Shown: positions 1-9,278 of the stretch, piece by piece
Layout: each line of letters starts with the position of its first letter
Position numbering within the stretch: position 1 is the first letter of the stretch
Origin: an uncultured Chloroflexota bacterium
Lineage (GTDB): Bacteria; Chloroflexota; Dehalococcoidia; Lucifugimonadales; CAJXCD01
Length of the DNA stretch: 64,000 nt
Assembly (NCBI GenBank): GCA_913051545.1
Contig: CAJXCD010000006.1
Location: forward strand, 3,680 to 67,679
Reading direction: 5' to 3'
The notes under the pieces: model-generated
What the model was told of the DNA's origin: nothing
What the model saw: the letters and a program-made list of their open reading frames with translations, nothing else
Database searches by the model: none
Translations under genes and position numbers: made by a program

Positions 1-2
1 TT

Positions 3-278
3 AATATACAGGGTTGTGCTGCTCATTTGCCGGGTAAAAATGGTTCTTTTGATGAAGAGATTGTGAAGTTGGCGGGGTTTGATTTTGAGGCTTATGCGGG
101 TCGCTTTGTGAAGGATAGAAAATATATATCTGACAGCGGTTCTAGATGGAGGGAAGGATGCTTGTGTGAGTGGCTAGGTAAGGAGGATCATCTCACGGTA
201 CTTATTCATCCTGTATGGTGGACAGGTTGGCATGAAACTAAGGAGACGGTTGTTTACAGACTTGGTCTGGGAGATTGA
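3..278 (+). CDS. 3' end of a CDS entering from upstream of the window; hypothetical protein
   Basis: The frame is open from nt 3, with no stop before the listed TTG at 27. It ends at TGA 276-278 and is convergent with the minus-strand locus. I recognise no motif. Confidence 0.4.
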   Translation, partial: NIQGCAAHLPGKNGSFDEEIVKLAGFDFEAYAGRFVKDRKYISDSGSRWREGCLCEWLGKEDHLTVLIHPVWWTGWHETKETVVYRLGLGD

Positions 279-284
279 TATTAT

Positions 285-360
285 TTAAAACTGTATTCAA
301 TATATGAGAATGTTTATTCTGCATATGCTGATTATTTGTTGTATATCTATACAGTTTTAA
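285..360. repeat. 12-nt perfect inverted repeat (TTAAAACTGTAT ... ATACAGTTTTAA) spanning the gap between convergent gene ends; possible bidirectional terminator structure
   Basis: Arms at 285-296 and 349-360 are exact reverse complements, separated by 52 nt. The right arm overlaps the TAG stop of the PHP gene. There is no clear U-tract. Confidence 0.3.
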
Positions 361-1033
361 ATAAATTATTTGCCTGAATAGTTTTGATGTGAGCATTAAG
401 CTCTTCGATTGAATGAGCGTTAGTGCCAAATACTAAATTAGCATCAGGTATCCAGTTTGGCAGGATACTGGATTCGTGGTCACGTGAGATATTCCATTCT
501 ACGAAGATACCATTTGATACGGCTACTTCAATTAAGTTTCTAACTTTTCGTGGTCCTTCCAGTTCATCGAAATGTTTTAATACTGAACTAGGGTGTAGCC
601 AAACACACAAAGAGTGGTTTTTTGAATACCTATTAAAAGTATTGACCATTGATTTGTATAGATCTTCAGGATTACCTGGGAAACCATGGCACGCTATGCC
701 TAGTATTTCAGTCTTTTCCAGAAGCTTTGAATCTATGTCTAAATTCCCATTTGGCATAACTTTTGTTTCTACACCTAATGAAACCTTGAGCTCTGGGTTT
801 TTTATGCGTGCATCCAATACCTCATTGTTAAGATCTTCGAAACTATAGCCAAGTTTTTCCCTTACATGTTCAATAATAAATAGGGAATCAAATCCTTTCT
901 GAGAACAAAGGGAACAATATTCATCAACTTTGCTTACGCCGTCAGTATAGTTCGTGTGTACATGGAACAGATATTTCCCATGTTGAAGTATGTCTTCAAA
1001 TTCTGAGCGATGTAGTAGTTTTTGAATTGGCAA
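347..1033 (-). CDS. PHP-domain metal-dependent phosphatase (histidinol-phosphatase / CpsB-like superfamily)
   Basis: 228 aa. N-terminal 'HVHTNYTDG' plus later His segments ('IIEHV', 'ACHGF', 'WLHPS', 'NAHS') fit the PHP metal-ligand pattern. It is the last gene of the array and overlaps the upstream CDS by 38 nt. Confidence 0.75.
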   Translation of the reverse strand: MPIQKLLHRSEFEDILQHGKYLFHVHTNYTDGVSKVDEYCSLCSQKGFDSLFIIEHVREKLGYSFEDLNNEVLDARIKNPELKVSLGVETKVMPNGNLDIDSKLLEKTEILGIACHGFPGNPEDLYKSMVNTFNRYSKNHSLCVWLHPSSVLKHFDELEGPRKVRNLIEVAVSNGIFVEWNISRDHESSILPNWIPDANLVFGTNAHSIEELNAHIKTIQANNLFKTV

Positions 1034-2075
1034 CTAGTCCTCCCCAGTACCTAATCATTCGTATATCATCTATTGGTTTAATCTCATCGTCGCTAACGGG
1101 TATACCCATACTTTCACGGCATCCATAGTAGATGAAATTAAAGCCGGCAAATACTCCTGCAATCATTGTCCCTTGTACTCTTGGGTTGCACTCTAATAGG
1201 CAAGGAGTTCCTTGAGAATCCAGTTTAAATTGAAAACCCAATCCATATTTGAGTCGGAGTTTGTCGGTAAGTTGTAGTGACCATTCAATCAAATCTTTTC
1301 TCATATCAATTTCGGTTAGAAAACTTACACCACTCCTAATTTGAGTACGTATTCTAGGCACAGCCAATTTAACGTTTTCTCCGGCAAATACATCTACTGT
1401 GTATTCAATCCCGGGTAGATAATCAGATACGATTAAATCTGGGTAAGTGTTCGATGAAAGAATTACTAATAGATCATCTAAGGAAATTTCTGTGCCGGAT
1501 GGTTTTTCGGTTAGGAATCTATTTGTATCCCATCGGTTTTCAGTTACTATCCTGAATCCTCTTTGGCCATTCGAGTTTCGTGGCTTCACAACAAATCTGT
1601 TTTTTGGGTATCCAAAATCATTTGCGGCATCTCTCAAGTCTTTCTCACTGCTTACTAGTCTGTAGTTAGGACAGGGAATATTCATCTCACTGGCTAGGTT
1701 TAAAAGCATGAATTTGTCATTGGCTAAATGGATTGTGTCAGAGGGAGAAATTACTGAAAAAATCCCTTCATCTCTTAACATATTGGAAGCATTCGAGATT
1801 TTATCCAGCTCTGAGGTTACCTGTGGGAGAATTACGTCGATACGATTTTCCTTAGCTATTTCAACTAGTTTATTAATATATTCATCATTATCTGATACTG
1901 GGATAGTAGAAAAGGCGTCAGTCATATATCTTCCTACTGCATCATCGCGTGAATCAACGCCCATTACCCAGACATTTCTGTTGTCAGGGTTGGTTTTCAG
2001 CGCATAGATAGTTCCAGCTATTCCTGGTGCTCCGGCTCCAGTTACAATTACTCTGATATCTTTACTATTTGACAT
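996..2075 (-). CDS. ATP-grasp family ligase (carbamoyl-phosphate-synthase-like ATP-binding domain)
   Basis: 359 aa. Contains 'VIVTGAGAPGIAG', 'VVKPRNSNGQRGF', 'DYLPGIEYTVDVF' and 'LLECNPRVQG', which are typical ATP-grasp segments. Confidence 0.75.
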   Translation of the reverse strand: MSNSKDIRVIVTGAGAPGIAGTIYALKTNPDNRNVWVMGVDSRDDAVGRYMTDAFSTIPVSDNDEYINKLVEIAKENRIDVILPQVTSELDKISNASNMLRDEGIFSVISPSDTIHLANDKFMLLNLASEMNIPCPNYRLVSSEKDLRDAANDFGYPKNRFVVKPRNSNGQRGFRIVTENRWDTNRFLTEKPSGTEISLDDLLVILSSNTYPDLIVSDYLPGIEYTVDVFAGENVKLAVPRIRTQIRSGVSFLTEIDMRKDLIEWSLQLTDKLRLKYGLGFQFKLDSQGTPCLLECNPRVQGTMIAGVFAGFNFIYYGCRESMGIPVSDDEIKPIDDIRMIRYWGGLVANSKTTTSLRI

Positions 2076-2102
2076 GTGAAGGTTCCTTAAACAGTTGTAA
2101 CT

Positions 2103-2969
2103 TTATTGAATTGACCCATGTGATATTCGAACTATTCCGAGACCTCCTCCGGGATAAAAGTGATCTTTTGGTATTTCGAGCCAGGAGTAATAATCTTCGT
2201 CCAGTTCTTGAGCAAAATTCATTAGGGCCTCACTGTGGTGGGTAGTCGTAGATATGATAATACTTCCCTTGCGAAGTTTGTTGGAAATTATTTCGTATTC
2301 CTGTTGTTCGTGCACACTGTTTCTCACACTATCGTATATAAACAAATCTATCGATTTATCTATGCTAGACAAAGCTGATATAGAGTCATCGTTCAGAAAT
2401 TCTACGTGTTTGTCATACGGTGTTTCAATGAGCCAACCGGCTTCAGGGTTTATATCCACCGCTAAGATTTTTCCTTGTTCTCCTTCCTTTGCGGCATTAC
2501 TCATTAATGCCGCGGCTAAAGTGCATGTACCTAGTCCTTTATCTAGGCCAGTTTCTACGATGAGCTTTGGCTTACATATTCTTGTCACAGCGTACCACGC
2601 CACTCGCTGACCATATCTGACTTCTTTATCGGATACTGATTTATATTGGCTAGAGTTGGTTACTTCAGATATATGATTTCGCAGATTGATATCAGATTCA
2701 ATTTCGTCAAAATATTGCTCAACTGTAGTTCGGTCAACTTGTAGTGCGTGTGAAATTACGTACGCTAATTCCTTAATGTTGTGCCGTGGTAGATAGTAAG
2801 TGTGGTTAGTAATTTCCCGTGAATTTATTAGCCAGATCAGTATCTTCTTAGCTTGTGAATTTAGGTATCTTAAAGATAAGTAAAAACGGTAAATCGGGGC
2901 AATAATTCCAAGTAGAATCGCGTTATGTTTCACAAGTGATTTTAGGTTCATTTTATAGGGTTGATCCAC
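2103..2969 (-). CDS. class I SAM-dependent methyltransferase-like protein
   Basis: 288 aa. 'IVETGLDKGLGT' is a motif-I-like Gly-rich loop, with acidic 'ILAVDIN' and 'DLFIYDS'. The start is either GTG 2969 or ATG 2951. Confidence 0.6.
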   Translation of the reverse strand: MDQPYKMNLKSLVKHNAILLGIIAPIYRFYLSLRYLNSQAKKILIWLINSREITNHTYYLPRHNIKELAYVISHALQVDRTTVEQYFDEIESDINLRNHISEVTNSSQYKSVSDKEVRYGQRVAWYAVTRICKPKLIVETGLDKGLGTCTLAAALMSNAAKEGEQGKILAVDINPEAGWLIETPYDKHVEFLNDDSISALSSIDKSIDLFIYDSVRNSVHEQQEYEIISNKLRKGSIIISTTTHHSEALMNFAQELDEDYYSWLEIPKDHFYPGGGLGIVRISHGSIQ

Positions 2970-3062
2970 AGTATTTGCTATGGATACAGGTGATCCGCAA
3001 ACTGAAAAATTGTGTACTGTAAAGAGGAATACATTCTATATAACTATTCACTTAGTTGTCGA

Positions 3063-3854
3063 TCAATTTGGAATTGCTAGTTCATTTACACTGATTACAT
3101 TCTGCTGTGAGAGCCATTCACATAGGGATGAAAGTTTTGATCTGCAAGATAGAATCTCGTCCCACTCCCAAGTCCAATGCAGTGCTATCTGAGTAAGGTT
3201 ATTTGGTATTTCTATATCAGTATGGGCTTGATTAAGTATATTCCATGTTGCTATGCCGGCAGTGTAGTAGAGTCGGCGTAAGGTTTGATGCAGGCTATAC
3301 TCATTTTGACTGTTAGTGAGATGTGAAATTACATCTCTCGATAGTCCATATAAAGGTGGGGAAGCGTGAAGAAGTACAATTGGTGATCTGTAATGCCAAA
3401 CTTTGGGGAATGTACCGAAACATAGTTTAAAATTATCGATTGCAAGGGCTTTAAGTAAATTCAGGTCATATGAATTGCCCGGAGGTATAAAACATACAGT
3501 ATCATGTTCTCCTAGTAGATCCCTGCCAAGTTTTAGCAGTTCAAGGTTGTATTCAACTGTGTTACCAGTAAGCTCGTTAACAATTTTCCGAAAGCCTACT
3601 TTGCTTTGGTCGTGGTTTATTCCATGCATTCCAACTGTCATGTTGTGCCGGTTTCGCAAAAAAATATGATCTTCTGGTTCTAAAAGAGCAGGTACTATTG
3701 CTAGCATATATGGAATATTGTACCTTTCAAATTCATTAAGTATTTGATCTGCAAATTTGCGGTAATTATAGATTTTGTCTCTAACACCTGTGGGATAGTC
3801 GTCTATTCGTATTATGAATTTATGTTCTTTTGAATCTACCATGTTTATATCCAA
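3063..3854 (-). CDS. polysaccharide-deacetylase-superfamily protein (DUF2334-like)
   Basis: 263 aa. The pattern 'IIRIDDYP ... LAIVPALL ... GMHGINHDQ' resembles DUF2334/NodB-like predicted deacetylases. Confidence 0.55.
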   Translation of the reverse strand: MDINMVDSKEHKFIIRIDDYPTGVRDKIYNYRKFADQILNEFERYNIPYMLAIVPALLEPEDHIFLRNRHNMTVGMHGINHDQSKVGFRKIVNELTGNTVEYNLELLKLGRDLLGEHDTVCFIPPGNSYDLNLLKALAIDNFKLCFGTFPKVWHYRSPIVLLHASPPLYGLSRDVISHLTNSQNEYSLHQTLRRLYYTAGIATWNILNQAHTDIEIPNNLTQIALHWTWEWDEILSCRSKLSSLCEWLSQQNVISVNELAIPN

Positions 3855-3881
3855 ATATGGAGTGAGTATTTAGCTGTGCTT

Positions 3882-5063
3882 TTACTTGAAGGTCTCAATA
3901 TTATTTGAGTGGCTAATCGCTAATTTGTAAGCATTATAGTGAGTCTCAGCACATTGTTTGGCGGTACCTTTCTCCAGAATAAATTCGCGCCCATTCTGTC
4001 CCAATAAAGCTCTCCGTTCTTTACTGTTTATCAGCTCAATTATTTGATTAGCCATTTGTGTTGGATTATCTGGATCTACCAATATTCCATTGAAGTTGTC
4101 CTCGACAACTTCTGTAGTGGAACCCACTCGAGTTGCTATTACAGGCTTTCCCATAGACATTGCTTCTAGTAGAGCAGTAGATATCCCTTCAGCTACAGAA
4201 GTCTGAACGTATATGTCTATAGAATTTAGCATTTGGACTGGGTTGGAACATTCTTGAATAAAAAAAACGTGGTTATCTAATGAGAGCCCTAGACCTGTCA
4301 TTATAAGTTTCAGTTTTGTGAATAGTTTTAATTGAGAATGAGTCACCTCACCAGTAATAATAAATTTGGCATTTGGATGTTTCCTAAGTACAAGGTGTGC
4401 TGCTCTTAGGAGGGTATCATATCCCTTTGCCGGATTTATGTTACCTAGAGTGCCTATCACAGGTGATGATTTTTCTATCCCTAAGTCGTGTTTAAGGGTA
4501 CTTATGTTTATAGCTTCGGGGTCGAATTCGTCGACATCTACAGGAGGTATGAATGGAACCAATCTGGCTCCCATCTTACTGATTCCTGGAAAATACTTAC
4601 TTAATCCTAACCCGGGTATCATGGCGACATTTGTGAATTGTTTAGTCCAAAAGCCCACTGCTAACCTTAGTGGCATAGGCATCCCAGGTCCTAGAATTTG
4701 TCCAACCACAGCGACGTTTTCTTGGAGACCGGCAATAGCACCATGAGGGTTTTCCATTCCATTTACCTGAACGACATCTGGGTGGAAATCTCGTATTACA
4801 GACCTGATGTTTCGAATGTCATATGCTAACGAGGCGAAGAATTTCCCTTGGGTCACTAGGTTACGTGTTGAACGGATCCTTTGTAGTGATATTGAATGAG
4901 TTGCAACGCCGTGTTCCCTAAGACGTGAATTGATATTCCCAGGTTCCTTAGGTGTTATAACTAAGAGTTCAACTCCCATGTTTGAAAGGTACCTGCTTGT
5001 TCGGGCAATCCCGTTAGCAGGACCACCGAATATGGGGTGGTGGAGGATGTTTAGTATACGCAC
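3882..5063 (-). CDS. glycosyltransferase, GT4 (group 1) family
   Basis: 393 aa. The C-terminal 'EGISTALLEAMSMGKPVIATRVGSTTEVVEDNFNGILVDP' is the GT-B E-x7-E region. Confidence 0.9.
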   Translation of the reverse strand: MRILNILHHPIFGGPANGIARTSRYLSNMGVELLVITPKEPGNINSRLREHGVATHSISLQRIRSTRNLVTQGKFFASLAYDIRNIRSVIRDFHPDVVQVNGMENPHGAIAGLQENVAVVGQILGPGMPMPLRLAVGFWTKQFTNVAMIPGLGLSKYFPGISKMGARLVPFIPPVDVDEFDPEAINISTLKHDLGIEKSSPVIGTLGNINPAKGYDTLLRAAHLVLRKHPNAKFIITGEVTHSQLKLFTKLKLIMTGLGLSLDNHVFFIQECSNPVQMLNSIDIYVQTSVAEGISTALLEAMSMGKPVIATRVGSTTEVVEDNFNGILVDPDNPTQMANQIIELINSKERRALLGQNGREFILEKGTAKQCAETHYNAYKLAISHSNNIETFK

Positions 5064-5264
5064 TGGTTACTCAAAAACAGGATACTGACATTGTCTATAA
5101 TCTCTCTATAAGTCATCCGTCGCACACTTTCCGGCTATGATGAATATAATTGGCACTATTTTCTTTTTCAATTAAATATGGGGAGGGTTATTTACTGTGT
5201 TCTTTTAAATAAGATGTATCGGTTACAGATGGCTTAGTGATTCGTGGTTCGTACCTTATATTAT

Positions 5265-6365
5265 CTAAAGAATTAATGCTTGATGTAGCACATTTGAAAC
5301 AATAGTCACTTGCGATTCTGTCATTTCGGGATAAATTGGAAGAGACATGACTTCTTTTGCGGCTAACTCTGCATGGGGCAGATCACCTACTTGGTAACCA
5401 AGATACGATAGGGCTGGTTGTAAATGAAGGGGTATAGGGTAATGAATTCCGGATCCTATACGTTGTTCAGTTAGAATATCTATGACGTTGTCTCTTTTAG
5501 GGACTCTTACGACATATTGGTGGTATACGTGTTTCGAGTAGGTATTTTCTGAAGGTGTTTTTACTGCTGTATCATCAAGAAGTTGATTGTACAGTTTGGC
5601 TATTGACCTCCGTTTTTCTGTCCATTTATTCAAGTGCCGAAGTTTTACTCTTAAGATGGCTGCCTGAATTGTGTCTAGTCGTTCGCCGAATCCTATTTGA
5701 AGATGTGTGTATTTGTCACTTCTGCCATGATCTCTAAGTAGGCGTACTTTCTTGTTTGTTTCGTAGTCACTAGTGATAACCATGCCTCCATCACCGTAGG
5801 CTCCTAGGTTTTTTGCTGGGTAAAAGCTAAAGCACCCCGCTATTCCCATAGAACCAGTTTTCATTCCTTCGTACTCAGCTCCGTGAGATTGTGCTGCATC
5901 CTCAATTATATTTAAACCATGTCTCTGTGACATTTCAATTAAAGGCTTCATGTCAGCAGGTTGCCCATATAGATGTACCGGTATTATTGCTTTAGTTCGG
6001 TCAGAAATAGCTGAACTAACTTGGTTAGGATCGATATTGAAGTTTGAAGGATCTATGTCTACCAAGATTGGTTTTGCACCTAAAATAGCTATCGCTTCTA
6101 CAGTAGCTATGAATGTAAAGGGCGTGGTAATAACCTCATCACCAGGACCTATGTCACAGGCTCGTAATATCAGGTGCAAAGCAGCTGTTCCAGAGGCGAC
6201 ACCAATTCCATATTTTGCTGCAGAGTACTGCGCAAATTCGATTTCAAATTCCGTCACACTTTTCCCAGCTACAAATTGAGCGTCTGACAGGGTTTCTGAT
6301 ATTGCACTGTCAATTTCATCTTTGATAGAGTGATATTGTGCTTTTAAATCTACGAGAGGTATCAT
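5265..6365 (-). CDS. DegT/DnrJ/EryC1-family PLP sugar aminotransferase, WbpE-like
   Basis: 366 aa. N-terminus reads 'IPLVDLKAQYHSIKDEID ... FVAGKSVTEFEIEFAQY ... GIGVASGTAALHLIL ... DEVITTPFTFIAT'. It is adjacent to WbpD-like and WbpB-like genes. An AGGAAAG SD lies upstream. Confidence 0.9.
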   Translation of the reverse strand: MIPLVDLKAQYHSIKDEIDSAISETLSDAQFVAGKSVTEFEIEFAQYSAAKYGIGVASGTAALHLILRACDIGPGDEVITTPFTFIATVEAIAILGAKPILVDIDPSNFNIDPNQVSSAISDRTKAIIPVHLYGQPADMKPLIEMSQRHGLNIIEDAAQSHGAEYEGMKTGSMGIAGCFSFYPAKNLGAYGDGGMVITSDYETNKKVRLLRDHGRSDKYTHLQIGFGERLDTIQAAILRVKLRHLNKWTEKRRSIAKLYNQLLDDTAVKTPSENTYSKHVYHQYVVRVPKRDNVIDILTEQRIGSGIHYPIPLHLQPALSYLGYQVGDLPHAELAAKEVMSLPIYPEMTESQVTIVSNVLHQALIL

Positions 6366-6385
6366 ATTCTTTCCTGATCTTAGAG

Positions 6386-6961
6386 TTATTTGCTTGGTGA
6401 CAGTTTACTTCCAGTTAATATGTAGTCTTCTCTACACTCTATGCATGTGAAAGTATCGTTTTTCTGTTGGATCCTAACTCCGCAAGTGCATACCCAACCT
6501 ATGTGATGAGCAGGTGTACCTGCAACTAAGGCATAATCAGGCACGTCCTTGGTTACTACTGCCCCAGCGCCTACGAAAGCAAATTTCCCTATAGTAACTC
6601 CGCAGACGATGGTACTGTTGGCTCCTAAAGTGGCACCAGTTCTAATTAATGTTTTTTGGTATTTATCTTGTCTGGATATTCTGCTACGCGGGGTTTTTAC
6701 GTTAGTGAATACTACTGATGGACCACAGAAAACATCATCTTCTAGTGATACACCTTCATAAATTGATACATTATTCTGTATTTTTACTCGGTGACCTAAA
6801 ACGACGTTATTGGCAATAAAAACATTTTGCCCTAGTGTACAGAATTCGCCGAGACTGGCATTACTCATAATATGACAATAATGCCATACCTTCGTTCCAT
6901 TCCCTATGAAGGCACAGTCATCTACGTAGCTAGAAGGGTGAATAAATATGTTTTGGTCCAT
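6386..6961 (-). CDS. left-handed beta-helix N-acetyltransferase, WbpD/WlbB-like
   Basis: 191 aa. Hexapeptide-repeat protein with '[25 protein letters not shown] ... [28 protein letters not shown] ... [12 protein letters not shown]', closely matching my memory of WlbB/WbpD-type enzymes. Confidence 0.85.
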   Translation of the reverse strand: MDQNIFIHPSSYVDDCAFIGNGTKVWHYCHIMSNASLGEFCTLGQNVFIANNVVLGHRVKIQNNVSIYEGVSLEDDVFCGPSVVFTNVKTPRSRISRQDKYQKTLIRTGATLGANSTIVCGVTIGKFAFVGAGAVVTKDVPDYALVAGTPAHHIGWVCTCGVRIQQKNDTFTCIECREDYILTGSKLSPSK

Positions 6962-6997
6962 AATATTGTCCGAAATCCTTGATATTCTGAAATTCGA

Positions 6998-7987
6998 CTA
7001 CAAATTTGTGGGATACCCTCCTTTAATGAGGGATTCTTGACAAGCCTTTAATACTGTTAATACTTTGAGTCCTTCCTCTCCGTTGGTTATCGGATTTTCT
7101 CTTGTTCTTATGCAGTTTAAGAAATGAAGATTCTCGGTGACTAGTGGTTCATTCTTAGCGAGAGATACGCTATATCGCTGGGGCTTGTTAGTAACAAAAT
7201 TACCATCAATAAAATTTATTTCACGGTCAAATAACCCCAATTTGTCGACTGGTTGAGAGTCATCGAAAACAGCCATTTTATGCTCTCCAACTACTACAAG
7301 TTTTTGTTCCTTATATGGGTGGAGCCAACTGACGAATATATGTGAACGTGTTCCATCATCGAATTCCATACTGGATAGACTTACATCTGCTATAGATGGC
7401 TGGAGATATGCTCCTCCTGTGGCGGATACACGTTTCGGTAGCTTACCTTTCAGATGCAGGGTAATAGATATGTCATGTGGGGCAAAGCTCCATAAGGCAT
7501 TTTCTTCTCTACGAACTTTCCCCATGTTGAGTCGAGTTGAATACATATACTGGAGCTTGCCGAGTTCTCCGTTATCTACTAGTTCTTTCAACTTTATTAT
7601 CGCTGGATGGAATCTCATTAAATGCCCTACCATAAGAGTTGTATTTTGTCGTTGTGATAGATTAATTAATTCAGTCGCTTGTATAGGTTCGAGTGCCATA
7701 GGTTTTTCTACCAAAACATGTTTTCCGGATATAAGTGCTTTTTTGGCGAGATCATAGTGTGTTTCGGCTGGAGTAGATATGACTACTGCATCGATCGTAT
7801 CGTTTGATAGTATATCTGAGTAAGATGTTGTGGTTTTTACATCTGGAAATTTTTCTTGAAGCGAACCTATCCTAGAAGTATCAGTGTCACATAGTGTAAT
7901 TGCACAACCCAATTCGTGCATTACTCTCACGTGGTTTGATCCCCAGTATCCACATCCTGCAATAGCTACAGAAATAGGTGTTTTCAT
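6998..7987 (-). CDS. Gfo/Idh/MocA-family NAD-dependent oxidoreductase, WbpB-like
   Basis: 'MKTPISVAIAGCGYWGSNH' is a Rossmann N-terminus, followed by 'GKHVLVEKPMA'. I chose ATG 7987 rather than the listed 8080 start, because the longer form overlaps the upstream GT and adds a non-Rossmann leader. Confidence 0.85.
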   Translation of the reverse strand: MKTPISVAIAGCGYWGSNHVRVMHELGCAITLCDTDTSRIGSLQEKFPDVKTTTSYSDILSNDTIDAVVISTPAETHYDLAKKALISGKHVLVEKPMALEPIQATELINLSQRQNTTLMVGHLMRFHPAIIKLKELVDNGELGKLQYMYSTRLNMGKVRREENALWSFAPHDISITLHLKGKLPKRVSATGGAYLQPSIADVSLSSMEFDDGTRSHIFVSWLHPYKEQKLVVVGEHKMAVFDDSQPVDKLGLFDREINFIDGNFVTNKPQRYSVSLAKNEPLVTENLHFLNCIRTRENPITNGEEGLKVLTVLKACQESLIKGGYPTNL

Positions 7988-8057
7988 ATGAATATCCAGC
8001 TGTTTATTAGTCGCATATTTAGTGTTGGGTATTCTGGAAATTTTTTGATTGGTATTT

Positions 8058-9242
8058 TCATGAATGGTTGCTAGGTTCATATAGCTCTAGAAATCTTTTT
8101 GCTATTGAGGACCAGTGAAATTCGGCAACTGCTAAATCTCTTGAGGATTTACCCATGGCATTACGAAGTTGAGTGTTGTTTGCAATTTCCAAGATAGCAG
8201 TTTTCAATGAATTTACATCGCCAACTGTGACTCTATACCCATTTTTATTGGACGTAAGAAATCCAGTATATATATCATTGGATTTTACGATTAGTGGAAG
8301 ACCGGAAGCTATTGCCTCTATTGTAGATATAGTTATTGCTGCTGGCCAAACACCGATATCTGACGCTGCATAGTGCTGCAACAGTTCTTTTTTTGATATG
8401 TATTCCCCGTTTATTCTAGTTATGTCTTGTATATTTAGTTCACGTGCTAAATCGATCAAGGATTTTATGTAGGATTGATCACCGCCGCCTGTTATTAGAA
8501 TTTGAAGATTGTCATTTTCATGACGTGCCATCTCTACCGCTCTAAGGAGATCTTGAAGCCTTTTTTCAGGAATAATACCGCCTACATGTAGAATAATTAT
8601 ATGATCTGAATTGTTATATCCTAGGGATTTGCGAGCATTTGTACGGTGTTTATGATTGAGTTCGAAATATTTAGCAGATGCTCCTAATCTAACTATCCTA
8701 ACGTTGTTTCCATTAACACTCAAATTTTCTTCTAGCATCGTCGCTTCGTTTTCTCCCACAGCAACTAGGTGGTCACTCTGAGAGACTATTATCTTTCCAC
8801 AAGTACGATTAAAAACCGAGTATATCAATCTTCTCCAAAATGATCCCCTAGTGTCAGTATTTAAATACGAAGTGTGGGAGCAATAAATTAACCTGTATTT
8901 GAGGAATGGTTTCATTAGTGCAATGAGCACTGCTGTTAAATCGAACACGACATGACAATGGACCACTCTTGGACGGAATCGAAATAGTATTCGTACAATC
9001 CCTGGCATGAGAATTATTCGGGATCCAAATACCAATGTCCATAGTGACACGTTATCTACTTGGCAGGGGTATTCAGATGACTGCTCGTTCCGGCTTTTTC
9101 TCAAATCAGGGATTCTATTTGATGCGGCAAATAGGGTTTCATGTCCCAAATCATTTTGTGCTTGCGCTAAACCAACATCGTATCCCAGCCATGGTAGATA
9201 GTAATAAGCTACATGTAGTATTCGAAGTGTTCTGTCAGTCAT
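8058..9242 (-). CDS. glycosyltransferase, GT4 family
   Basis: 394 aa. GT-B C-terminal region reads 'ISTIEAIASGLPLIVKSNDIYTGFLTSNKNGYRV'. Confidence 0.85.
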   Translation of the reverse strand: MTDRTLRILHVAYYYLPWLGYDVGLAQAQNDLGHETLFAASNRIPDLRKSRNEQSSEYPCQVDNVSLWTLVFGSRIILMPGIVRILFRFRPRVVHCHVVFDLTAVLIALMKPFLKYRLIYCSHTSYLNTDTRGSFWRRLIYSVFNRTCGKIIVSQSDHLVAVGENEATMLEENLSVNGNNVRIVRLGASAKYFELNHKHRTNARKSLGYNNSDHIIILHVGGIIPEKRLQDLLRAVEMARHENDNLQILITGGGDQSYIKSLIDLARELNIQDITRINGEYISKKELLQHYAASDIGVWPAAITISTIEAIASGLPLIVKSNDIYTGFLTSNKNGYRVTVGDVNSLKTAILEIANNTQLRNAMGKSSRDLAVAEFHWSSIAKRFLELYEPSNHS

Positions 9243-9278
9243 TTTGTGTTGTCAAAATTGTTGAAGCCTAGTGTTTAT

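Noticed and set aside
7988-8080. N-terminal extensions of listed ORFs (8080, 29019, 51468, 50477, 43984, 28055, 60224, 63289)
   Set aside because: In each case a downstream start removes an overlap with the upstream gene. It also restores the family-typical N-terminus or creates an ATGA/TTGA coupling or an SD. The longer forms add non-homologous leaders.
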